Shown one piece after another: positions 31,801 through 45,620 of a DNA stretch of 64,000 bases; the first letter of the stretch is position 1; the number at the start of each line of letters is the position of its first letter. This DNA comes from the human T2T-CHM13v2.0 reference genome, Homo sapiens. A program made the position numbers and the translations under genes. The notes beneath the pieces are model-generated. The model was not told the origin of the DNA and made no database searches. It saw only the letters and a program-made list of their open reading frames with translations. Location of the stretch: NCBI RefSeq assembly GCF_009914755.1, contig NC_060931.1; one strand, given 5' to 3'.

Positions 31801-32819
31801 AACAGGCCACTGTGAGGGAGGAGCAGGGCCGCACGCAGGCTGCCGGGAGCAGGCAGGGACTTGGCCGCGGTGGGGCGAGAGCTGGGCCTGGAGACGCCCC
31901 TGGGAGGCAACAGCGGGGCCTGCAGATGCTTTCTGCTGCCAGAGCTGGGACTGTACAGGCCACTGGGAGGCAGGATGTGGGCCTGAAGAGCTTGGCTGCA
32001 GAAACTTCGGGGTCTACAAACGCCGGCGGGAGCTGAGCCAAAAGAGCTTGCTTGCTGGGAGGCAGGAGCTGGGCCGAGAGATGCAGCCAGGAGGAACAGC
32101 TGGGCCTGCAGAGGCCGCCATGCGGGAGGCAGAGGCCGGGCCTCCTCAAGTCGGCCTCTCCAGACCCACTTGCAGCCTCCCGGCGTCCTCTCCGGGCCCA
32201 GCTCTTCCTCCCGGCTGCGTCTCCAGGCCCGACTGCTGCCTCCCAACAACCTCTTTGGACTCAGCGCCTGCGCATCTCCTGGCGGCCTTGGTCGGCCCAC
32301 AGCTTCCTCAAGCCAAGCTCCCCAGGCCCAGGTCAGGCCTCACGGTGGCCTCTCCAGGATCAGCTCCTGCCCTCCGATGGCGTCTCCAGGCCCCAAATGG
32401 TCTCCGGTCAGTGGGCTCCTCCACGCCCAGCTTGGGCCTCCCGGTGACCTCTGCAGGCCCAAGTCGTCCTGAAGTCGGCGTCTCCCGGCCCTGCCTCCCA
32501 GCAAGTAAGCAAGCTCTTTTGGCTCAACTCCTGCCCAGCTCCCAGCCGCCTTTGTAGGCCCCGAACTTTCTCGAGCCAAGCTCTTCGCGCCCGCCTACTG
32601 CCTCTCGGTGGCCTGTACAGGCCCAGCTCTGGCTGTAGAACAGCCTCTGCAGGCTCCGCTCTTGCCTCCCAGAGGCCTCTCCAGGCCCAGCTCTCGCCCC
32701 CACGGCGGCCTCCCGGGGCCAAGTCCCTGCCTGCCTCCCGGCAGCCCGCGTGCAGCCCAGTTCCTCCCTCACGGTGGCCTGTTGATGCCCAACGCATGCC
32801 TCTGACACCCTGTCCAGAG

Positions 32820-33718
32820 GCATGAGTCCCTGCCTCACACTGGCTCCTCCCACGCTGAGAGAGGTCCGCATGAGCCCCTTGCCTCACACCGGCCCCTCCC
32901 ATGCTGAGAGAGGTCTGCATGAGCCCCTTGCCTCGCACCGGCCCCTGCCATGCTGAGAGAGGTCGGCGTGAGCCCCTTGTCTCGCACCGGCCCCTCCCAC
33001 GCTGAGAGAGGTCGGCCTGAGCCCCTTGCCTCGCACCGGCCCCTCCCACGCTGAGAGAGGTTGGCGTGAGCCCCTTGCCTCACACTGGCCCCTCCCACGC
33101 TGACCCCTTGCCTCACACCAGCCCCTCCCACGCTGACAGAGGTCGGCGTGAGCCCCTTGCCTGACACTAGCCCCTCCCACGCTGACCCCTTGCCTCACAC
33201 CGGTCCCTCCCACGCTGATCCCTTGCCTCACACCGGCCCCTCCCATGCTGACAGAGGTCAGTGTGAGCCCCTTGCCTCACACTGGCCCCTCCCACGCTGA
33301 TCCCTTGCCTCACACCGGCCCCTCCCATGCTGACAGAGGTCAGCGTGAGCCCCTTGCCTCACACCGGCCCCTCCCACACTGACAGAGGTCAGCGTGAGCC
33401 CCTTGCCTCACACCGGCCCCTCCCACACTGACAGAGGTCAGCGTGAGCCCCTTGCCTCACACCGGCCCCTCCCACACTGACAGAGGTCAGCGTGAGCCCC
33501 TTGCCTCACACCGGCCCCTCCACACTGACAGAGGTCAGCGTGAGCCCCTTGCCTCACACCGGCCCCTCCCACGCTGACCCCTTGCCTCACAGCGGCCCCT
33601 CCCACACTGACCCCTTGCCTCACACTGGCCCCTCCCATGCTGAGAGAGGTCGGCATGAGCCCTTGCTTCACACCGGCCCCTCCCAGGCTGAGAGAGGTCA
33701 GCGTGAGCCCCTGCCTCA
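32820..33718. repeat. 49-bp/33-bp VNTR, block 2
   Basis: Same 49-bp unit interspersed with the 33-bp variant GGCCCCTCCCACGCTGACCCCTTGCCTCACACC. Confidence 0.92.
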
Positions 33719-35044
33719 ACAGGCCACCGTGAGGGAGGAGCAGGGCCGCACGCAGGCTGCCGGGAGCAGGCAGGGACATGGCCCCGGGCGGCCGCGGTGG
33801 GGCGAGAGCTGGGCCTGGGGACGCCCCTGGGAGGCAACAGTGGGGCCTGCAGACGCTCTTCTCCTGCCAGAGCTGGGACTGTACAGGCCACTGGGAGGCA
33901 GGATGTGGGCCTGAAGAGCTTGGCTGCAGAAACTTCGGGGTCTACAAACGCCGGCGGGAGCTGAGCCAAAAGAGCTTGCTTGCTGGGAGGCAGGGGGTGG
34001 GCCGGGAGATGCAGCCGGGAGGAACAGCTGGGCCTGCAGAGGCCGCCATGCGGGAGGCAGAGGCCAGGCCTCTCCAGACCCACTTGCAACCTCCCGGCGT
34101 CCTCTCCGGGCCCAGCTCTTCCTCCCGGCTGCGTCTCTAGGCCCGACTCCGGCCTCCCAACAACCTCTTTGGACTCAGCTCCTGCCCAGCTCCCAGTGGC
34201 CCTGGTAGGCCCACAACTTCCTGAAGCCAAGCTCCCCAGGCCCAGGTCAGGCCTCACGGTGGCCTCGCCAGGCTCAGCTCCTGCCCTCCGATGGCATCTC
34301 CAGGTCCCAAACGGCCTCCGGTCGGTGGGCTCCTCTAGGCCCAGCTTGGGCCTCCCGGCGGCCTCTGCAGGCCCAAATCGTCCTGAAGTCGGCCTCTCCA
34401 GGTCCAGCTCCAGCCTCCCGGCAGCCTCTGCAGGCCTAAGTTGTCCTCAAGTCGGCCTGGAAGTGGGCCTGGAAGAGCTGCAAGTTGGCCTCCCTGGGCC
34501 CAGCTCCGTCCTCTTGGCCTCTCCAGGTGCAAAACTTCCTCGAGTCAGCCTCTCCAGGCCCAGCTCCTCCTGCCTCCCAGTGGCCTCTTTTGGCCCAGCC
34601 CAGCTCATGGCTCTCAGCAGCCTTCCCAGGCCCCGCTTTTGACTTTTGGTGGCCTCTTCAGGCCCAGAACTTGACCTCCAGTCGGCCTTTGCAGGCCCGG
34701 CTTCCTGCCTCTCGAAGGCCTGCACGGGCCCAGCCTCAGCCTCACAGCGGACTCTCCACGCCCAGCTAGCTCTCGCCTCACTGCGGCCTCCCCAGTCGAA
34801 AGCTCCTGCCTTTCGGCCGCTTTGGCAGGCCCAGCTCCTGCCTGCCAGTGGCCTCTTTAGGCCCAGCTCATTCCTCACAACGGCCTTTCCAGGCCCCGTT
34901 TTTCCCTTCCGGCAGCCTTTTGGCCTCTAATTTGTTTATCTTTTGTGTATAAATCCCAAAATATGGAATTTTGGAATATTGCTACCATTATATAAATATT
35001 TTCGTATGTAATTTATTTGGAGTGAGTTTCTGCACCAAGCCTGA

Positions 35045-38000
35045 ATTTTTTATTTTATTTTCCTTATTATTTGGTGTTAAACAGGTTTAATGACGGTCAT
35101 GGCAACTTTTTGGCACAATGAAAAATACCACCCATGATCAACGTGTTCTGTTCTGGGGAAGGGGGCAAAGGCAGGGTGAATCACTTTCTTAAAAAGTACA
35201 GCTCAAGTTGGGAGTGCAGAGGAAATGGGGAGAAAACCCTCCCGCTGCCTGTGTCGAAGTGCAGGAGCCCCCACCCCCATACTCACCTGAGTCCAGCCCC
35301 TCTGGGGAAAGAAAGGGTGCATGAACTCCCCCTATTCCACAGGCGCCTCCCTGTGGCCCAAGGCCCTCTTCACACTCCATCTTGTAGCCCCAGCAGGAGC
35401 TATTTTCCGAAAAGTGAAAAGCTCTGAAGGTCCCACACTTCATGGTATGTACAGGGGCTCGGAGGAGGGAAACTGCCCAGCTTTCCCCGGCACAGCTGCA
35501 GGGCTAGGGGGTATATATAAGAGGAGCAGGCCTTGGCCAGGTGTGGTGGCTCACGCCTGTAATCCCAGCACTTTGGGAGGTGGAGGCAGGTGGATCACGA
35601 TGTCAGGAGATCGAAATCAGCCTGACCAAGATGATGAAGCCCCATCTGTACTAAAAATACAAAAATTAGCCGGACGTGGTAGCGTGCACCTGTAATCCCA
35701 GCTACCCGGAAGGCTGAGGCAGGAGAACCCAGCAGGAAGAGGTTGCAGTGAGCCAAGATCGCATCACTGCACTCCAGCCTGGGCGACAGAGCAAGACTCC
35801 GTCTCAAAAGAAAGAGGCAGGCCTTATTCTGTCCCAGACTGAAAGGATTAAATGGCTTTACCCAGGAGAAGATAACCATCCTGCCCTCCATTGCTACCCC
35901 CACATACTGTCCATGTTCTCAGGGGGTACTGTGAGTCCTGGGATCTTTCTTTGGGGTCGCCCACCTGCCTGTGGTAGTTATGGAGACCCCCAGGTGTTGA
36001 GGCAGGGCTGGGGTGTCCCCTTCCAGCCAGGCTGTCAAGGCCCCAACTCTGGGGCAGAGGCAGTGGCAGGGCAGCCAGGGTTGCGCCAGAGCCTGAGCAG
36101 GGTGAGGTGGGGTCAGACAGGGCTGGGAGTCAGGGCAGGGGCAGCAGCAGTGGACCCGCTATGCACACATCTTCTTCTCCAAGGTTTGTGTGCAGAACAT
36201 CCTGCTCATGCTGCCCCAGCAGCTTCAGTTGGCACCTGCTCCAGTCCAGCCTCTGGGACCCATGCAGCGGCTCCCAGCGGCCCTGCACTCACCACCAGCA
36301 TCCGTTTCACCTGCAGTTGAAGATCCGTGAGGTGCCCAGAAGATCATGCAGTCATCAGTCCCACGGAGCAGCCCGCGAGGCTGAGGCTCCTCCCACTGGA
36401 CCGCCCCCCAACTGGCACCACTGCTGCCCCTGCCTCTACTCTCAGCCTCACGTGACTCTCGGGCAGAGGCAGTGGTGGGGCAGCCAGGGCAGCGTCAGAG
36501 TCTGAGCCAGGTGAGGTGGGGTCAGGACCCCCACAGGGCTGGGAGTCAGGGCAGGGGCAGAACAAACCTTGGAGGGGAGGATGTGTGCATAGTGGGCCTG
36601 GAGGGCGGCTGTGGCCTAGTGGACAGGAAGAAGCAGTAGGCCTGGAAGAGCTGCATGATCAGGGCCGGCACTGGTCCAGGGCACGTGCAGTGAAGACACT
36701 GCCTTCTCGGTCTCTGGTTCCCTGAGCCCGTCCTCGGCTTCTCCCACCTGTACAGGCAAAGGGGAAGCTGTCCCCATCACACATCGTACACTTGTGGGTG
36801 TTGGGCTTTGGGCTGCAGCTGGAGCATCTTCTCATCTTGCATTTGAGCGTGGTGGGGTCCTCCAGTGCGGGATCCATGTCCGTGGGGTTCCCTCTGCCCT
36901 GACCCCCAAAGCCCAGTCAGTTTCTCCTCTTCAGGCTCTGCCCCCCGGGTGGCTCAGCCCAGCTTCTGCCTAGGAAAGCCTTAGTGTTGGGAGGGACCGT
37001 GATGACTGAGGGGCCTGGTAGCTCCAGGTTGCCCACACTTTCAGGTCTCTTGCACCAGAAGGTGGCAGGATCCATTGGGAGGAAACAGGTCGCCTTGGAA
37101 GGCGTCCCTGGGCCCCCATCCCCAGGGGTGGGGGCCATGGGCCCACTCTGCTGCCCTGACCAGATTCCTGGGCTTTGAAGGCTCCTGGGCCCAGTAAGGA
37201 GGTGGGTGCCAAGGTTGAGGAGGAAGCATAGGAGTGTGTAGGAGGAGGACGGGGTGGGACCATAGACTTTGCCAAAAACTGCAGGTGGATCGGGGGACCC
37301 TGGGGGCTCAGGATCCAGCAAGGGGCGGCAGGAGTAAAGGAATGACAGGTGCAAATACCTTCCCACCAAAGCCCTTGTTGCCCTCTGGCTCCTCCCCAGA
37401 GTCGTCCCCACTCTCAGTCGGTCACCCACTCCTTGAACTTGAGATCAGTGTCAGTGGTGCTAAAGCCGTCATCAGCAATGACATCATCACGCCCTCCTCC
37501 TCATGGATGACCATGGGCTCCTCGTCACTCGCTGTGTCCTCACCGGCCATGTGCTGGGAATGAGCAGCTCAGGTGGGCAGCAGCAGGGCTGCCCACTGGT
37601 CACCTCCCTCACCAGGGGCTGCAAAGTGGCCTGGAGCTCCATGCTGAGTAGAAGGCTTTGGGCCAGAGTATGATGCAGTGCCAGACACCACCTGTGTCAG
37701 TTCCTGTAGTGCCTGACGGTCTATTTCCCTGCCGTCCAGGCTGTGTACCCTGCTGTGGGAGAAGGCTTGGGCCAGGCTGAGCCAGGTTCCCTGACTGTGT
37801 GCAGCCGTCCTGCCCCACAGAAGCTGCTCCTTGGTATCCGAGCTCTGGAGTGTCTGGGCCGCAACTGACAGGCGTTCAGAGGACACCCCAGGGGCAGTGG
37901 CAGTGCCCGTCTCTGATATGCTCCGCTCCCACGAGCCCTTGTACACTCCTGCTAGCCCCTGGCTTGTGGGCTTGGCCTCTGAGCTGGACTTCTTTCGGTC

Positions 38001-38880
38001 CTTGTTGCAAGTGGGCCACCTTCACTTGGAAGGCCAGGTCGTAGCACTTCTGCGTCTCATTGGGCCCCAGGGTGTACCACCGCTTGCTCAGGATCTGGCT
38101 GACGGTCCAGTTATCCTGGTTGGGGTGACCCTGGTGCGCCCTGCCAGAGCCTGGTGCCGCTTGCTGAAGATCATGACCACCACTCATGGGCCACCGGATG
38201 TGGTCCTTGTCCCATTTGTTGGGGCTGCATCCATCCTTCTCAGAAGATGAGTCCTGTTCCTTGCGCAGGGCACTGAGGGACTGGGCCTGACATCATCTGA
38301 GTGGTAGAGGCAACTGGGTGTCAGGGGACATGACGGAGAGGAAAGCTTCATCGTGGTCATTCTCTGTCTCACTGTCCAGCAGGGACTCCCCTGAGGGGCC
38401 CAGGGCTCCTCCTCCATGGTGGGAGGTGGGCTTTTACCAGGTTCCACCACCCCCAAAGTGTGTGGGGTTCCGGGCCCTGGGCTTTCAGGGCAGGTGGCTC
38501 CAGGGGGCCGCGCAGGGTCAACACTCCCTGTCCCACCTGGTGGACGCTCATGAGCAACAGCTGCCAACTTGGCAGGTTGTTTGCTCTGGTTGGAGGCCAC
38601 TGAGTGACTGGCAGGTTGCCGGGCCTCGTGTGGCTGCAGGGAGGGGTCAGGAAGGGGACGGAGTACCAGGGGAACATGGCCACAGAGCGAGGTTCCACAT
38701 TCCTCCACATGAACATGCTGACGCCACGAGAGGCCTCGCTGGACGCAGGCCTGTGGGCCGAGTACTTGGTCCGGGCAGGGGGTTCCTGGCAGGGGCTCAC
38801 ACCTCCTCAGCCCCCTCCTCAGCCAAGGTGGCTTGGGCCCAGAGAAGGAGGGGTTGGAGAGGAGCAGAAGGCCAGGCCTC
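35045..38880 (-). pseudogene. CICP: Processed capicua (CIC-S isoform) pseudogene, frameshifted, deleted and internally rearranged
   Basis: Minus-strand fragments: [27 protein letters not shown] (CIC-S N-terminus; start ATG changed to AAG at 38765-38767), HMG box [39 protein letters not shown] (~38010-38130), [47 protein letters not shown]. No introns are evident. ATTAAA (35086-35091) and a decayed poly(A) (35045-35072) mark the 3' end. Confidence 0.93.
35535..35816 (+). mobile_element. Alu inserted in the CIC pseudogene 3' UTR
   Basis: Alu flanked by duplicated GCAGGCCTT (35526-35534, 35817-35825). Confidence 0.88.
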
Positions 38881-39129
38881 ATGTTTTGTTTTTTTTTGTT
38901 GTTTTGTTTTTTGTTTTTGAAATGTAGTTGGACTCTTGTCACCCAGGCTGGAGTGCAGTGGCACGATCTCAGTGGCCTTCATACCTGGCTAATTTTTTGT
39001 ATTTTTACTAGAGGTGGGGTTTCACCATGTTGGCCAGGCTGGTCTTGACCTCCTGACCTCAGGTGATCCACCCACCTCGGCCTCCCAAAATGGGATTACA
39101 GGCATGAGCCACCGCTCCCAACTTCATTC

Positions 39130-39985
<856 letters not shown>

Positions 39986-40669
39986 AGTTTACTATTGTGT
40001 TATATCGCCCAGTCTGGTCTTGAACTCCTGGGCTCAAGCGATCCTCCCACCTTGGCCTCCCAAAATGCTGAGTTTACAAGCATGAGCCACTGCATCCAGT
40101 CAGTCCCAGCACTTTGGGAAGCTGAAGTGGGAGGATCACTTGAGCTCAGGAGTTTGAGACCAGCCTGGGCAACATACTGAGACCTTGTCTCTATATAAAA
40201 AAAAAAAAAAAAAAAATTTTGGGAGGCCAAAGCGGGAGGATTACCTGAGGTCAGGAGTTCGAGACCAGGCTGGCCAACATGGCAAAACCCCATCTCTACT
40301 AAAAATACAAAAATTAGCCAGGTGTGGTGGCACACGCCTGTAGTGGTGGTGCATGCCTGTAGTCCCAGCTACTCAAGAGGCTGAGGCAGGAGAATCACTT
40401 GAACTGGGAGATGGAGGTTGCAGTGAGCCCAGATCACACCGGTGCACTCCACCCCGGGCAACAGAGTGAGACTCCATCTTATAAAAGGAAAAAAGAAAGA
40501 AAAGAAAAATTCCATATCTGAGTGTTTACTCCTGAGTTTTTGAGATTGTTATTAAGATCATGCTCTACTGTGATGATTTGGGTTTGTTTGATAATCAGAA
40601 AAAAGCATATTCTTTTGGGTGTTCAGCCACACTGTGCTTTGGTGTCACAACTGCACATTGGTTTCACAG

Positions 40670-40852
40670 CTGCACGACAAGTTCGAGCATCTTAAAATGA
40701 TTCAACAGGAGGAGATAAGGAAGCTCGAGGAAGAGAAAAAACAACTGGAAGGAGAAATCATAGATTTTTATAAAATGAAAGCTGCCTCTGAAGCACTGCA
40801 GACTCAGCTGAGCACTGATACAAAGAAAGACAAGCATCGTAAGAAGCAATAG
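40670..40852 (+). pseudogene. SEPTIN14P: SEPTIN14 pseudogene: orphan terminal coding exon; 3' UTR-like sequence follows
   Basis: Acceptor ttcacag ends at 40669; translates [60 protein letters not shown], the septin-14 C-terminal coiled coil. No upstream septin exons are present in the window. Confidence 0.88.
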
Positions 40853-40964
40853 TTTCTGTTACTATTCTGAGAGCCTTATCATTCTACATCCCATCTTCCT
40901 GTGAGATTGTCTTTGTAGCATTTAACTCTAATTGCAGTTCTCATTTTAAAAATTGGCTTGCTTA

Positions 40965-41279
<315 letters not shown>

Positions 41280-41901
41280 TCAAAAAAAAAAAAAAAAGGT
41301 GAACTCCTTGAAGGCAGGTCCTGTGTCCATCTTTTCAGATTCTGTATCCCAGCACTTAGGACATAGACAAACACGAAGATGACAATATTTGCCAAAATGA
41401 AAAAACAAAAGAAACATGTAACATATGTAAAAGGAGCTGGTTAGGTGGAGAAATTTCTTTACCATAGTCTTGCTTGTGGATCCAGTAGTGACTTTTACAT
41501 TTTATATCTAAATAGAAGCTGGAGGCTTTGTTGGGGACTCATAGGCATAAAATATTATGTTATTTATTATAGAGTTAAATGCTACAAAGACAAATCTAAT
41601 TAATAGGCCTATTTTCCTTTTTAAATTCTACTCATAATTTCTTCATAGTTTTTATGATAAAAGGTTGGATTTTGATTAGAACTCCCATGCTTTTGTGTCA
41701 GAATTAAAACTGATATTAGAATAAATAATTCAAAAGCTAGAGAAAGAGTACAATGAAAAGCCATGAGTTGCATTTGAATTATATTATGTCTTACAGATTT
41801 GAGGTATATGCTAAAGTTACCAAAGTTGTAGAAAATAAGGCCGGGCATTGTGGCTCACATGGGTAATTCCAGCACTTTGGGAGGCTGAGGTGGGCGGATC
41901 A

Positions 41902-42183
<282 letters not shown>

Positions 42184-43009
42184 TTACAGATTTTATAATT
42201 TGGGGGAAGAAAAGTTTTACTAAATGGTCTTTTAATGGAAACTCTACAAGAACCAGAATCTTTGCTTTGTTCACTTATGTATCCATTCCTAGGCCTAGAA
42301 AAATGTCTGACACATAGCGGCAATTATTCATTGAATAAATGGACCCAGCGATAGTACATTAGCTATGCTATATGCATACATTAAAGATGTAGATTATTGA
42401 CTTTCAAAAGATAATTAATGTAACTTCTTACTGTTTCTGAACATGTTTGTGAGTTATATTGCTGAGGGACCTTTATCTTCTCATTCTTTCATCTTAACCC
42501 AATGTTATAAAATTGAAATCACCAATATTATTCCATATCTAAAATTAATATCTACCTTGTAAAAAATATCACTCTGCTGCATTTGAGAATAGACTTTTTA
42601 GGTAATAATGATGCAATCCATAGGGTTTTTTGGGGGCACAGAAGGAGTCATGCTAACAGAACATTTTATTTTCTATTTTCCCAGAGCTGTAAAACATGAA
42701 ATTATGATAGTATAAGGCATATTTTTACTCTTTTTATAATTTTTTCTAAAAAAAATTAGTGTTTGTTCCCTATATAACTTTTAACTTTATAGGTAAATAT
42801 TTGTCTCTTTCAGCTCCAGTTTTATGTGAAATAGAGTTTTCAGATTTATGTAGCATGGAAAGTTTTAATACCTCAGAGTTACTGATTTTTGCCAATCATT
42901 TTCTCAATTATTTATTTCTTTTTTATCTTTAGTTGATTTTTTTGTAGTGACACATTTTGTTTCTAGTCTCATTTCCTTTTGTTTATATTCTATGTATATT
43001 TTGTTTTTG

Positions 43010-43650
43010 GTTACTATGAGAATTACATATAACATCCTAGAGTTATAACATTTTAATTTGAATTTATTTCAACTTAAGTTCAATCACATACCAAAATTCT
43101 ACTGCTATATATATAGCTCTACTCTTTTTATGTTATTGATGTAACAAATTATATCTTTATTCATTGTGTACCAGCTAACAGATTTACAATTACATTTTAT
43201 GCATTTGCCTTTTAAATTATGTAGAAAATAAAAAGCAGAGTTACAAACCAAAATTACAATAGGACTGTTTTTATGTTTGTTTATGTATTTACCTTTACCA
43301 GAGAGCTTTGTATATTCATACAGCTTGCTTAGTTACTTATATAGTTATTGCCTAGAGTTCATTTGTTTCAACTTGAAGGACTTAACACTTCTTGAATGGC
43401 AAATTCAGGGATAAATGGATTTTTTTCAGTTTAAAAAAAATATCTGGAAATGTCTTAATTTCTCCCTCATTTTTGAAGGATAAGTTTTCCAGCTGTAGAT
43501 TTCTCAATTGACAGGTTTCTTCATTATTTTAAATATATAATCCACTGCCTACTGGCCTTCAAGGTTTCTGCCAAGAAATCAGCTGCTAATGTTATCTGGA
43601 TCTCTATCTGTGAGAGTTGCTCTTCTCTCTGAGTTTTCAACATTCTCACA
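43010..43650 (-). mobile_element. Old L1M fragment
   Basis: AT-rich antisense L1 phrases (AATGTCTTAATTTCTCCCTCATTTTTGAAGGATAA, CTACTGGCCTTCAAGGTTTCTGCCAAGAAATCAGCTG). Confidence 0.65.
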
Positions 43651-43909
43651 TTGTCTTTTTGTTTGTTTGTTTTTTGAGACAAAGTCCTGCCCTGTCACCC
43701 AGGCTGGAGTGCAGTGGTGTGATCTCAGCTCACTGAAACCTCTGTCTCCTGGGTTCAAGTGATTCTCCCATCTAAGCCTCCCAAGTAGCTGGGGCCACAG
43801 GCATGTGCCACCATGCCCAGCTAATTTCTTTGTATTTTTAGTAGAGATGGGGTTTTGTCATGTTGCCCAGGCTGGTCACAAACTCCTGGCCTCAAGGAAT
43901 CTGTCCAGG

Positions 43910-44440
43910 ATTACCATTTACCCAGCAATCTCATTACTTGATATAGACCCAAAAGAAAATAAATCATTCTACCAAAAATGCACATGCACTTGTATGTTTA
44001 TCACAGCACTGTTCACAATAGTAAAGACATGGAGTCAACTTAGATGCCCATCAATGGTGGACTGGATAAAGAAAATGTGGTACATATACACTGTAAAATA
44101 CTACACAGCCATAAGAAAGAATGTGACTTTTGCAGCAACATGGACGCAGCTAGAGGCCGTGATCCTAAGAGAATTAACATAGAAACAGAAAACCAAATGC
44201 TGCATGTTCTTACTTACAAGTGGGACATATGGACATACATTGGGTACATATGGACATAAAGATGGGGACAGCAGACACAAGGTACTACTGGAGGGGGCAG
44301 AGGGAACAGAGGGGGAAGGCAAGGGCAGAAAAGCCACCTATTGGGTACTATGCTCACTATCTGGGTGATGGGATCATTCATACCCCCAACCTCAGCATCA
44401 CATGATACACTCATGTAACAAACCTGCACATGTACTCTCT
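43910..44440 (+). mobile_element. L1P (L1PB/old L1PA) 3' end
   Basis: Encodes the ORF2p C-terminus FITALFTIVKTWSQLRCPSMVDWIKKMWYIYT, followed by L1 3' UTR (GTAACAAACCTGCACATGTAC). Confidence 0.88.
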
Positions 44441-44506
44441 TTATCCAGTCTCTGCTATGTCCCCACATTGCCTTCTCTTTGTTTTTTTTTTTTGTTTGTT
44501 TTTTGA

Positions 44507-44665
<159 letters not shown>

Positions 44666-45031
44666 TAGTAGAGATGGAATTTCTCCATATTGGTCAGGCT
44701 GGTCTGGAACTCCCGACCTTAGATTATCCTCCCACCTCGGCCTCACAAAGTGCTGGGATTACAGACGTGAGCCACTGCGCCCAGCCTTAATCAGATTTTT
44801 CTAAAAACCAAGTGGGAAATCTCCTGGGGTCCCCAAGGTAGATTTGGCCCCTGGACCATATCTTGTGGTTTTCAGGATGAGAGGCTGGACGGGGTCCTCA
44901 GCCTGTCTCTTCAGCAGCAACAGCGCTCTCAGCCACAAAAGGGGGATATGTGCTCAGGAACATCAGCCCGAAAACTGGAAATCTCAGCCCTGGCACCTGG
45001 TGTTGGCAGCTCTCACTCAGATCACCCTTAG

Positions 45032-45620
<589 letters not shown>

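Larger units (their letters stand above)
27227..34928. repeat. C-rich degenerate repeat array (~30-35-bp GGCCTCTCCAGGCCCAGCTCCTGCCTC motif) with higher-order structure
   Basis: Very many degenerate copies of the core motif over 7.7 kb; sharp edges at MER1A (left) and AT-rich DNA (right). Confidence 0.9.

Noticed and set aside
32820-33718. CRISPR-like appearance of regularly spaced repeats with a hairpin
   Set aside because: No unique spacers, no cas genes and a primate context; it is a minisatellite.
36917-38942. CIC-like ORFs as a functional retrogene
   Set aside because: Lost ATG, multiple frameshifts, broken HMG box and scrambled C1 domain.
40619-40852. 77-aa ORF as a functional septin
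   Set aside because: Only the terminal exon is present, with no GTPase domain; the ORF start is a GTG in intronic sequence.
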